DNA from: Lama glama
Lineage: Eukaryota
Assembly (NCBI GenBank): GCA_028534125.1
Contig: CM052816.1
Coordinates: 73,348,001-73,412,000, forward strand
Direction: 5' to 3'
DNA: 64,000 nucleotides
Numbering within the stretch: the first letter of the stretch is position 1; each line of letters opens with the position of its first letter. Position numbers and translations under genes: made by a program. Below are positions 12,290 through 23,979 of the stretch, piece after piece. The notes beneath the pieces are model-generated. The model was not told the origin of the DNA, searched no databases, and saw only the letters and a program-made list of their open reading frames with translations.

Positions 12290-12630
12290 TGTTTCAATTA
12301 GGACTTTCAGGTGCAAATAGTATAGAATCTACCCAAACATCCCAAAAGGAAAAAAGATTTATTGGGTCATGTAATTAAAAAGTTGAAGGTAACTAGTTTC
12401 AAGTGCCACGTGATCAGACAATATCATCAGGACCCAGTTTCTCTCCATCTCCAGATCCACTTCACACTATCTTGGCTCCTCTCTCATGTTCTTAGATTCT
12501 TCCCTCAGAGTTAAAAATGACTGTCACTATTCCAGCTCGATATGCTTTTGGATTCACGTCCTGCAGGAAAGAGAACACTGCCTTCCATTTGCTCAAAATG
12601 AAAGTCCAGGAATTGAGTCTTATTAACTCA
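12290..12630 (-). mobile_element. Old MaLR LTR (MLT1J/K/L-like)
   Basis: TTAGGACTTTCAGGTGCAAAT...GATTTATTGGGTCATGTAATTAAAAGT resembles the antisense end of old MLT1 elements. Confidence 0.55.
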
Positions 12631-13499
12631 TAACAGGAAGGAGTTGGATTCTATGTTATCCACAGGACCTGAGGATGAAGCCCCATCCAGATGAACTTGG
12701 CTGCCAGAGACTGATGGAATAGATGTTGATATGCAAACAACGAGTGTCCACTCATGATGAAAGCCTGGAATCCGGGCTCTGTATGACTTATTCATCTCAT
12801 ATGATGAATTCATTGCAAAGGACCAATGGTCATGTTGGCAGAGCCCCAAGTCACAGAGCATGAGGATGAAGGAGAAGACCAAGGAACAATCTTCTCAAAT
12901 CACACCTCAGGGAAAGTAGTTGAAAGAGAATATAATCATGTAATGACATCCAGAGCGATTAGTAGAGCAGCACTGTGTGTCTTCAGGTGACCTGCAACCC
13001 TCAAGGAAATTCTGGAGCCAAAGCCGAAGAAGTGTTTTTCAAATGTTCGGGGGTTGGGGGGTTATGGATGAAGGGAAGAGGATGGGAGTGATGGGAGTCT
13101 TTGTCTTTTGAACTGGACGAAGTGTGGTGTGTGGATGAGAGAAGGACACATTTTCAGTTCAGTCAGATAAATGAAGGCTTAGAGGTAAATTCTTCCTTTT
13201 GTCACTTAGCTGTATTGTATCATTTACGATTTGGGAAAAGTGAAAGGAGGAATATGTGATATGTCACCTTATCTCATTAAGTCTCAGGAGATTTAAAAGA
13301 AAATTATAAAGCACTTTTTAAAAAATGAAAAATCATAATGTCCCTGTACCCATGGTAACACTCAGGGTTAGTCACTAGTAAGTCAGACATGTATAAATTA
13401 TTCTAGATCCTGGCATAAACCAGTGACTCCACCTTGAGCTAGCTGCATGGCCTTCCTGAGGATCACATTAGGCTTTCTTAATTATATTTTTATGGGACT

Positions 13500-13770
13500 G
13501 GATTGATTCCCAATTTGTGTACTATAGGATATTTGTGCTGGCACCCTGAGGAATGTTTTCAGTCGACCAGTAGGTTTGAGAAACACTGGATTTAAAGAAG
13601 TTAAATGCAACTTTATAAAAGAATTCAAGTCTTTAATATATAAACAACATTGCAGGTCTCAAGGTATGGTCCTATTCAGTGATTCCCAAACTCATGTAAC
13701 CATGGAATGTATTTAAAGGAGCATTTCTCAGGAATAATGTACTATAAAATCTTATCTTGAGAAATGCAAA
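13500..13770. mobile_element. Degraded hAT-Charlie-type DNA transposon fragment
   Basis: GTTTGAGAAACACTGG and CAGTGATTCCCAAACT Charlie-type terminal motifs. Confidence 0.4.
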
Positions 13771-15246
13771 ACCATAATCTAAAAGTCTTTTTTTCTAATT
13801 CTGAAGGCTCTCTTGTCTAGATTGGTTTCTAATTCAGTGTATTGTAGGGAAGAGACAGAATCTTTCACAAAAAAAGAGAGAAAAATTAATGTACATGTTA
13901 CATTGTGACCAATTCTAGAATTTGTTTTATTATCATTTAAAAAAAGATTTGCAAAAATGAACTGCATCTTTTAGAGAATCTTCTGATGATTAAATTATAG
14001 TAATATCTCATCTAAGGGCAGCTATTCCTCTAAAATAGTGAGATATGGAACAATATTATGCTATTCATATAATGGTAATTGGAAGTAGTTACAGCACACT
14101 AAAATCATTTCCATTATAAATTTTAAAATGGGTATAAAGTCTTACACATTTATTTTCCCCAGACATATTAATGAAAACAATTGAAATCATATGTAAATAA
14201 AACTGATTTTTTTTTCAGAAAAATGTACTGATTGAAAAATGAAATGTTTAATGTTAAAACAATCTCAGGCATTAAAGATAACTAAAATGTTCACTTTGGG
14301 GAACAGTCTTTACATGTATAAGTAATTTCTCTGAATGGGAAAGATTCAATTTTATTAAATTACTACCTTGAAGAAATCGCATGTAAAAGAGAGAAAAAAA
14401 TATCTGAAAGGCAAAGAATAATGATCAACAAAAACACCACCCTATCAGAACCATTGGATGAATGCCCCATCATTATCCTAAAAGTATTATTGCTCTCCAG
14501 CAAGCAGCACTGCCTCTTTTAAAATACAATTATTTATTACAAGGTAATTAAAAAGCCAACATGTCCAAGTGGCTGACAGTCCCAGAAAAAAAGGTTAAAA
14601 AAGATTCACTACTATTTTGGCCAGGATTCACTGGAATCTAAAAGGCACATAAGTGATTTTTTGGCTTGACAATGTGAAGTCTAGTTTTCCAGCTTGAAAA
14701 TTTTACCCAATAAAATATGGGCAAGCTGTGGTGTGAATTTGAATTTCCTCCCCCTGTACTTCCCTTTCTCCATTTTAATTTCCTTTTTCCTTCAAAAACA
14801 GTCCCAACCTCCTGCTTCACAAGTGCCTGCTCTCTTCCAGCAGAGATTTTAACAGTTAAATTTTCTCCCATTTGTGCTGAATTCTGTGCTCTACCCTGGT
14901 TATGGCAGCCTCTACTGAGTGTTTGCTTTTTACTTACAAAGTCAAAGGTATACAGTTGCTCTGTACACTTCATGTTACTTGAGAAGTTTTTTTCCTTTTC
15001 TTTCTCTGCTCTGTTTTGGTGTGGAGGGATTGCTATCTCCAAGCGTGTCTTGAGAGCTCTCCTTCCGTCTCTCTGCCCTCTCACCACCATCCACCATCTT
15101 CAAGTGGTACATTAAGGGAGACACAGATTTTTTCTGGAGGAAAATTCTCTCCAACTATGAGGCTCAGTTTCATTCCAGAGATAATTTTTTTAAAATTTTG
15201 TTTTATTGTAGCTACCAAGAGTACCATGTCTATTCTGCAACCTGGC

Positions 15247-15285
15247 TATGTATGTATGTATGTATGTATGTATGTATGTATGTAT
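15247..15285. repeat. (TATG)9 microsatellite
   Basis: Direct reading. Confidence 0.95.
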
Positions 15286-15743
15286 ATCCACCTCTAGCCA
15301 GACTCTAGTCATCTTGAACCTGTGAATATTTATAGGTAAAATTTTTTGTACGTAAAATCTTGAAATGATCATTCCCTTAAAAGTTTACCTCACTCTCATT
15401 TCTCTGTTCATTTGTTCTAAAGGAATAACACCAAACAAATAATTCTGAGTGCCTGATGTGCCACTGCCCCTGGTATCATCCATGTCACTACTTTAAAACA
15501 AATCGTCATTAGCAAATGTCCTACCACATCCCCGAACTAGCCTCCTTGTCTCCTGTCCTGTATAGACCATTTCTGTACAACTATCTACAGTGTCAACTTA
15601 GCCTTGTTGTTTCTTCTTTTGAAATGCTTCATAGTCCCTTGTGCCCACCTTTCCTGCTTCATTCTGTCCCAACCCAGTCCTATCTTATCTGAGCTTCAGT
15701 TCAGTCACAATACATTTTGCAATGTTCTCTGAAGATGCCTCGC

Positions 15744-15747
15744 TGTG

Positions 15748-15778
<31 letters not shown>

Positions 15779-15779
15779 T
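15744..15779. repeat. (TG)n microsatellite
   Basis: Direct reading, one interruption. Confidence 0.95.
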
Positions 15780-16419
15780 TCTGACGTCTCGTGTTTTGTT
15801 CCTTCATCCTAGATTGTCCTTTCCCTTTCCTCCATCTGAAGAATTCCCAGTCATCATTCTAGCGTCAAATTCCACCTCCTCTGCAAAACTGTTCCCTACT
15901 TTCCCTAGCTGAGTTACTGCACCCTCACTTATACCTCCTTCACCTTTCATGTATTTCTGCCTTACATTATATTCCATCAGCTGATTTCTCTGTCTTCCAT
16001 ACACTGTGCTTGAGAGCCCATGCTGATGATCAATGAGGTTGTAAATGGCACCCCCTTTTCCCTGCCTGTCAGAACCAAATGACAAACACAGAAGTCAAGC
16101 AGACAGAGGTTAACGTATCACCCTTTTAGATAATAAAAGCTATAAGGGAATATGGTTCAGGTGGACTTTTTAATATTTCACTTCTCAATTAGATGTACTC
16201 ACACAACATATGTGGCACGGAGCTGGCACAGGACAGAGCCTATCTGAGAAGCTCATCACTTGGCTAGGAGCACGTCGGAACCCATGTTCTCTGCAACTAA
16301 GCAGATAACAGGGAGAGAAAGGGCCTGAGACACTCTGCCAGTTCCTTCTCCTAAACTTACCAGTCAAGCAGATCATGTCCTCAATGGGGAGGGGCAGAGG
16401 GACTGGGAAGAACATCCTC

Positions 16420-16638
16420 CCTGTGTGTGTGTGTCCAGCTCTCTGTCCAAACTTCCTCTTTTTCAAAGGACATCAGTCATACCGGATTAAGGGCCTACCC
16501 ACTCCAGTCTGATCTCATCTTAACTAATTACATATGCAGTGAACCTATTTCCAAATAAGATCACATTCTGAGGTTCTAGGGTTTAAACTTCAACATATGA
16601 ATGGTGGCGGGGGGGTAGTTTACAATCAACTCATAACC
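16420..16638 (-). mobile_element. MLT1 (MaLR) LTR 5' portion
   Basis: CCTATTTCCAAATAAGATCACATTCTGAGG...CTTCAACATATGAAT is the antisense MLT1B/C start. Confidence 0.8.
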
Positions 16639-17187
16639 AAAGACTTACTTTTATAGACATTACCAATTATCAAACATAGGAACAAACACTGCAAATTAAA
16701 CTACTATACAATAATTTATCACTTAGAATTTTAATACTTGTGAAAGGGCTCATTTAGACCTACTTAAATATACGTTTTGCAAAATATAACTCTAGTGCAT
16801 ATATTTAGAAATATAAGTCAAATGAACTGGTTAAGATTTCTCCTATATCTTTTTCATATTTTAAGCTCACTTTTCAGAACCGCTTCTCTACTCAGAGTTA
16901 TCCTCAACTGTATTTTTCACACAGTTGTGTCCTCTGTCATCAAGAGAATTGGTAATAAAATATTTATTTTAAATACAGTCCAATGCTGTTTTCAGGACTC
17001 TCCTCCAAACCACTGTCACCCATTCTGCAATTCTGACAGGAAGGCAAAGATCATTTCAACCATGGCAAGAATGCTTCCTGGATTAGCTATTATAAGTCAT
17101 TACCCAATTCCATAGCTCTTCAATGTGGGGGAAAAGTCCATTTTGGAATCCATGAAATACAATAAATACAAACTTTATTACAAACTC

Positions 17188-17692
17188 TGTATTAGTTTTC
17201 TATTGCTGTTATAACAAACTCTTAACTAATTGTAAATAATTTAGTGGCTTAAAACAACACAAGTTGATTATCTTACAATTGTGTTAGATCAGAAGTCCAA
17301 CAATGGCCTAACTGGGCTAAAATCAAAGTGTCAGCAGGGTGCTTCCTTTTCTATAAACTGGGAAGGAAGATCCATTTCCTTGCGTTTTCCAGCTCCTAGA
17401 GGTCCCCTACATGTCCTGGCTTTGTTTTTACCCCTTACCTCCCTCTTCAAAGTTAGCGACACAGTATCTCTCTGATCCTGCTGCCATCAGCTCATCTCTT
17501 TCTCTGACCACAGCCAGGACAGTTTCTCCACTTTTCAGGACCCATGTGATTAGACTGAACCCACCTCACTTGGATACCAGGATAATCTTACCAAACTCAA
17601 GACTCTTAACTTAATCAGATTTGCAAAGTCCCTTTTGCCACACAAGGAAGTATATGGATATCCTTAGGGGGACCGTTATTCTGCCTGCCACA
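17188..17692 (-). mobile_element. MLT1D-like MaLR solo LTR
   Basis: TGTATTAGTTTTCTATTGCTG...GGCTTAAAACAACAC...TTGCAAAGTCCCTTTTGCCA...TATTCTGCCTGCCACA. Confidence 0.85.
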
Positions 17693-18479
17693 GACCCTAT
17701 TCACACTCTATTGTCTGTTGACTTGTCTTTATGCATTTTAAAATAACAAGTGTGTTTTTGATCTGTATTTTCAGTGTCTGGCACCAAGTAAATGCACAAT
17801 AGGCTTGTTGAATATCAAAACAATAAGAGTGGTAGACTTCCTTACCCATGTCAATTAAAACAAGAGATGACATCTGCAAAGGCGTGAGTTTGAGTAAGCA
17901 TGACTCATTTCATAAATGACAAGAAATTTGGTGCAGTTAGGGCTTAGGTTGTATATTAGCCTCGGGATATGAGCCCAGATACTATATAGATTATGAAAAT
18001 GTGTATATGTTGCTTAGTGGTCTGTATCCAAAGGATATTCATTGAAGAATTGTAAGCAAGGAAGAGAGAGGATCGAATTTGATTTTTTTAAAACAATAGT
18101 TTGGTAATGGTACAAAATTTATTTGACAGAGACTAGAGTTACGAAGTTCATAGTTAATGGTTATAATCCAAGGGGACTTCAAAGACAGAGACTATCTAGA
18201 ATGTAGATTTTCTAATTTGAGGAGCTATACTTTGTATCCATTGCCAACACTCTAAAACTTTCCAGGTTTTTCTAGAATATTTAAAATCACTTCCAGAATT
18301 CTATTCTTCTCATTAGTTAGGATTTAATTATATATAACTCCCTAAGATGCATGTCTGATGATTAGTATACAAATGCTCAGATTTTCCAAGCAAGTTTAGT
18401 CAATCAATTTTTACAAGGCTGTTTATTCATTTTCTGAAAGCCAAATCAAAGGGCCTTCCCTATCTGAAGTCAAAGAAAT

Positions 18480-18795
18480 GGAACAGAAGAGGCAGGAGGA
18501 ATTGCCCTGCTGCTGATGCCTTTGAAGATAAAAAAGGTCATAAGCCAAGGAAGGAGGTTGGACTCTGGAACCTGGGCCTGGCTCTCAGCTGACAGTCAGC
18601 AAGGAACAGGCTTGTAGAGGCTCACCTCAGCAAAGGAACAGGGACCTAGAGCAACCCGAATGGAACACAGCTTTGGTTTGTGTCTTGTGAGATCTGAAGC
18701 AGAGAAACCATCTAGCTTAGATAAGTTGGGATAATAAATGTTTTAAGTCACTGATTTATGGCGACTGATTATGGCAGAAAGAGAAAACTAACACA
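18480..18795 (+). mobile_element. MLT1E/F-like MaLR LTR 3' part
   Basis: CAGCTGACAGTCAGCAAGGAAC...TTTTAAGTCACTG...TTATGGCAG...AAAACTAACACA. Confidence 0.65.
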
Positions 18796-20507
18796 AGTGC
18801 TGTAAATGTTAATGAGATAATTAAATAACCTTAAACATTTTCTATTTAACTATTTTTATCGTTAACAAAAGATTTTCCATCTCTTCTTAAACTGCCTATT
18901 TCTAAGTCTTCACCAAACCAACCATTAGACTCTTCAATGATAGATTTATAAATATCTGTCCTACTGTCACCAGACCAAATTTTAGTGAACTTTGGGTTCA
19001 CCACCCAGACTAGCATCCCATGACTTCAAATCCATTCTCCTTATCCTAATGCAGGCATTGTATTCAGAAAAAAAAGATTACATAGCACTTAAAAATATGG
19101 ATTTGGTCCTGGGTTTTCCAATAGAGCTGCTTCTCATGATGTGCCCTACCTACTTCTGCTTCTTGTAACAGAGAAACAAGTCCAAGTACAATTGAGAGGT
19201 TAGGGCCCTGCAACCCACTGCTAATTGATTTTATTGACTCTACACAGGCAACGTCTGCTCCCATGCTTAGTTTCACTGTGAGTTGTCTCTCCACATCCCG
19301 AGGCTTTCCCTGCAAGAAGGCAAGTGCTGCTACTGACTAGAAGAAAAATAAAAGGGGGCTAACCTGTAGCATCCAAGAATGAGTGAAGACTAAAGCTAGG
19401 TCTGCAAGAACTGGGAAGATGCAAAGCAAATATCCTCAAGTCTACTAGTGTGGCTAGAGAAATCAAGATTGATGCCAACTGTAGGATTCATAAGTTTTCA
19501 ATTTGCTTACAACTGTAGTTTCCTGCTGCCTAGGAGGAAGGTCTTCCTTCCCAGCCTCTTATCTTGACCCCCTCCCTCAGTGTCCTACAGTGTAATGATA
19601 ACCTAACGATTTGGCTGTCTACTTAGGGAGCAATGATGGGGAAAATCAAACTCAGCCCCTCCCTAATCAAGAGAAGCTTAGGTCGAGTACTGCAAAAGTT
19701 TAAACCTTAACCAACAATTTAGTTCCTCAGTTCAAAGCTCCCTTTTCCCTTCTGAACATATGCTGCAATTGTCTTTTGTCAGATGTATATCTGAATATCC
19801 TGATAGATGTATACATTACGCTGTTTACTTTGACTCCTCTCGGTTTCCAATGTATATCTAATCTCCTTCCAAATGTATGTTTTACCTCTGTTTATTATTA
19901 TTCTCTTGTAAACTTGTTTTTCAAATGTATATTGTAAGTCTGTGTATGTTTGAATACAAGGGACTGCTTCCCCTGTGGACGTCAAAATAATTTCTGGATC
20001 AGAGGGGACTGAGAGGATTCGGAGTTGCGCTCCTGATGTGTAAAGAATTAAAGTGAAATAGGCACCGTCTCCAGGCTTGCTGAGGCTCACCTTAGCTATT
20101 CCTGTGTACATATATTGAAGAAATAATACAAGTTACGTTTCACAACTCTCATCAATAAACTTGTGTCACTTGTACATTTTACTGTATCTTTTATTCTTTA
20201 GCTTTATGATTTGACTCTTTTTTCAAAACTAATTTTTAATTTTTTTTTTACAACAGGTATAAGAGCTTGAATTTGAGAAGAATAAAAAGGAAAATTATTT
20301 TGAAAACTCAAGGTGTCCCAGCTTCACAAAACGCTCAATGGTAGAGGGGTCCAATTTAGAGCAAACTTAGGAAATATTTCATCTTCTCTCCCACTCTGCC
20401 CCTATCTGAGTTCAGATTAGTACTTTGAGGCTCCTGAGGTGACCCTCAGTAAACAAGACTGGTTCTCCGTCAAACCCAGTACCAGACCAAGGAAAAATTT
20501 GTTCTTC

Positions 20508-20695
20508 AAGGGTCAGGACTATGGTGAGAGGAAAGAGATAAGTAAGACTCTTCCCTCAGACACAAAATTGAAGGGGTGCCACAAAACTTAGTAATCAATA
20601 TAAATAGTATTTTGATACAATATTTTTAGAAGTCAAAATTAATGTAAAAAAAATCAAGGATGAACAAGTTATAAAAAGTCAAAATAAAAACATCA
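20508..20695 (+). mobile_element. MER96B-like hAT-Tip100 DNA transposon fragment
   Basis: CAAAATTGAAGGGGTGCCACAAAACTTAGTAATCAATATAAATAGTATTTTGATACAATATTTTTAGAAGTCAAAATTAATG matches the recalled MER96B consensus. Confidence 0.7.
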
Positions 20696-20769
20696 TGGAT
20701 ACTTTCTAACTCTAGTAGCACAAGAGAGGAGGATGCCTTACATGAAATACAGAATCCCCAGTTCCCTGT

Positions 20770-21260
20770 TAATCACTTAACACGACATAAATACTATTCT
20801 AGGCACAAAGAAAACAGCAGTGAACAAAACATTGCATTAATAGGTAGAATGCATTGACTATTAAGTAATAAGCTTTCAGGGAAAAAAAAAAAACCAGGAA
20901 AGAGGAATCAAAAGAGTGATGTAAATTTGGAAATGTAGCCCAGAAAGGCTTTCCTGAGAAGTTGGCATGGGAATAAAGGCCCGAGAGAGCAGAGGGAGCA
21001 GCCACGCAGAGCAAAATCTTCTCAGGCCAAAGGAACAGCAGAGGCAAAGACACGGCTCCACGACCAGCAAGGAGGCCAGCACGGCCAGAACAAGCGAGCT
21101 GTCAAGGGAAGAGTAGCTGAGGGGAGACGCAGTGGGCCGGGGGAGACCACGCAGGGCCTTGAGGACGTGGACGGAGGGTGTATCTTTTACTCTGAGTGAG
21201 ATGAGAAGCCTTTAGAAGAGCTGATCAGGCAAGTGACACGATCTGACTTACTTTCCAAAA
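20770..21260 (-). mobile_element. L2a 3' region
   Basis: ACAGCAGTGAACAAAACA, GGAACAGCAGAGGCAAAG, TTTTACTCTGAGTGAGATGAGAAGCC, AGTGACACGATCTGACTTAC. Confidence 0.8.
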
Positions 21261-21310
21261 TGTATCCTGCAAATAAAACCAGTACCTATCACAATTTTGT
21301 CTCTCTCTAG

Positions 21311-21390
21311 GTGTTTCTTTCTCGTGGTTGAAAAAGAAAAGGAAAATGGGTTGAGGCTTTTGGTGGGCCAGGCTCATCAGGCGGTTTAGG
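21311..21390 (+). other. Candidate non-coding exon (80 nt)
   Basis: Acceptor TTTTGTCTCTCTCTAG| and donor AGG|GTAAGT; stops in all three frames. Confidence 0.3.
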
Positions 21391-23597
21391 GTAAGTAGGG
21401 ATGAGATTTCACAAACTCATCTCCATGTCTTACCAACAGACTCACCAAGACTTGAATCAAAAAAACCTAATGTAGAGATAGACATCACTGATGTAGACAT
21501 AGTTATACTTGTAGATGTAGACATGGATGTGAATATGAATATGGATATATTTAACAGCAATATATTTTGCAATTACAAAATAATATAATTAAAGAAGTTT
21601 GTAAAAAGATTTTCTTCCATCTGTTTATTCGATATTTGGAAGAATATTAGTATCTTTCTCAATTAAACATGAGAATATAATTGATGCACAGAGTTTAAGA
21701 AAGAAGACGGGTACTTTTATACTTTTCCTTGTGTGTGTTTGTGTTTGTTTGTGTTTCTATTAGCAAGAGCTGGCACAGAATTTTACAATATTCTCTGTTT
21801 CAAATAAAAATGGCTTTGCTATCCATTACTTTAATTTCTTTTCCATTTTCTCATTTAATTTATTTTTGAAATTTGTGAAGCAAAAGCATCTTGCATGTTG
21901 GAAGGATGTCTTATTTATGAATATTGCTACATCAAATATTCATGAAGATTGGCAGACAGCTGCTGATAGCACATAAACTGGGAGTCAGGACTCCTGATGC
22001 CAAAGTCTGCCGTCTGCTACATGACGATGATGGCAGCTTTTACTGGAATTAACACAAGCTTTCCCTCAAAGTTGACAGCTATTAAAAGGCATCTAAGGGC
22101 AGAATCTGACATTAATTTCTGTTTCATTTGCTTGGAAGAGTGTATAATAGTGAAAAAAAATGAAGTGTCATTTGTCAAGCTGGCATTTCAGCCAGCATTC
22201 ATTTAACTTGGCCACGGTGGCTGCTTATGGCTGGCATCCAGCTAGCTGCTCGGTGCCCCATCTGACCGAGTGTTGCCTGTGCCTTTCTGGGAGATAAATG
22301 CTTTGACTGGGTTTTATTTTATTTGTTTTTAACACCTAGGTCAGAATCTCAAGGGAGATATGGGAGATTTCCAGAAAAGTCATAGACACGGCAGAACTTG
22401 AACTGTCGTTAATAAATACCTTCCCCTCTTCTTTCCTCTTCTAAAATGAGGCTGATAAAGCTGGTATAGATCACAAAAAGGTTATTAACATTGAAAATAA
22501 AATTATAACAATGAATAAGGTAATAAGCCTTAATAACAGGCTGATACAACTTGAGTGATACGTAAAGCAGTCAAGTGTCCCCAGGTTTAATCACAACCAA
22601 GCCTTAAACAGCATTTTTATTATAATAAATATTATGTTAAGCAACGGATGCCATCAACTCTCACAATAGCCCCTAAAAAACCTATTCTATAACTTGTTGG
22701 CTATATTTATTTCCTTATTCCTAGAGCATAGTTTAAGGAGAATTGTCCTGAATTCTACTTCTGCCATTCATTCGATTCAGGATCAATCACAAATTAAACA
22801 TCCCATCATAAGAAAAACCTTTAGCATCATGCCGGACCTTTACTTCTCTTTACAGAACCAGATTTATTTTACCGTTGATAAGTGGATAAAGTCACTGAGT
22901 ACTTCTTACCACATGTACTTTTAGGCTTTATCTATGTGAAGCAATACCAATAAAATGAGCAAAGAGTTACAATTTCCACCAGTCAGCTTTCTCTTCCATA
23001 GAGTGTCCTGGCACAAACTTCAGTTTTCAGAAACAGTGAGTGATAAAATACGGCTTTCTATTCAATTCCATCTTAAATTATTCTAATGACATCCAGGTAG
23101 ATCATTTTTTAATCTCTGAAATTGATGTTCCTGGTTGTAAGTCTTTACTGATGACGATACTTTACAAAATTTTCTACAAAAATAGATCTTTGTCAATAGT
23201 CACTTCTGCCCCAAAGATCACACATAAGAGCTTCTCTTCTAGAATGCTTTCTCACAAAATGAGAGAAAATTTTCAGTAAAAAGATCCCTTTTGATATTTT
23301 GATTGTCCAAATGTACCATATACAAATTTAGGTATGAACTGGTGATTTTAGAAGCCCCCAAATTTCATGAATGAAAATACTGCACTGTGACAATGTGGCC
23401 CATGTCAGCTCTGATCAAAGGATGCCCTTGCAGGTTAATCAAGGATCATGCAGAATTTGACTCCAGTTGTGATTGTTGTCACCACCAGCAGAAATCAGAG
23501 GATTCCTTTTGCAGATATTAGATGGTGAGACTCAAGAAACAAAGTACAGGTATGAATCAAAATTGAGCTTCGCAGAAACAGGTAATCTGGAAGTGTG

Positions 23598-23979
23598 GCC
23601 TTATGAGCCAAATTGTGTCCCCCAGAATTCATATGTTGAAGCCCCTAACCCCCAATATGACCCTATTTAGATATAAGGTCTTTAAGGGGGTAATAAGGTT
23701 AAATGAAGTCATATGAGTGGGCCCTAATCCAATATGCCTGGAGTCCTTTTTGAAAAACAAGAAGAGAACCAAGAATGCAGGTGCACAGAGAACAGGCCAT
23801 GTGAGGACACAGCAAGGAAGAGGCCACCTGCCAGCCAGGAAGAGAGGGCTCAGGAGGCACTAAGCCTGCAGACGCCTTGATCTGGGACTTGCAGCCCCAG
23901 AAACGTGGCAGAATAAACACCTGTGGTTTAAGCTGCTCAGTCTGTGGTACTTTGTTATGGCAACTCTAGCAGACTGACA
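23598..23979 (+). mobile_element. MLT1B-like MaLR solo LTR
   Basis: AATTGTGTCCCCCAGAATTCATATGTTGAAG...GGGCCCTAATCCAAT...CCATGTGAGGACACAG...GTGGTACTTTGTTATGGCA. Confidence 0.9.

Noticed and set aside
14638..15115. Overlapping 150-aa and 132-aa ORFs on opposite strands
   Set aside because: Low-complexity F/S/L or K/E/R bias from pyrimidine skew; no homology recognised
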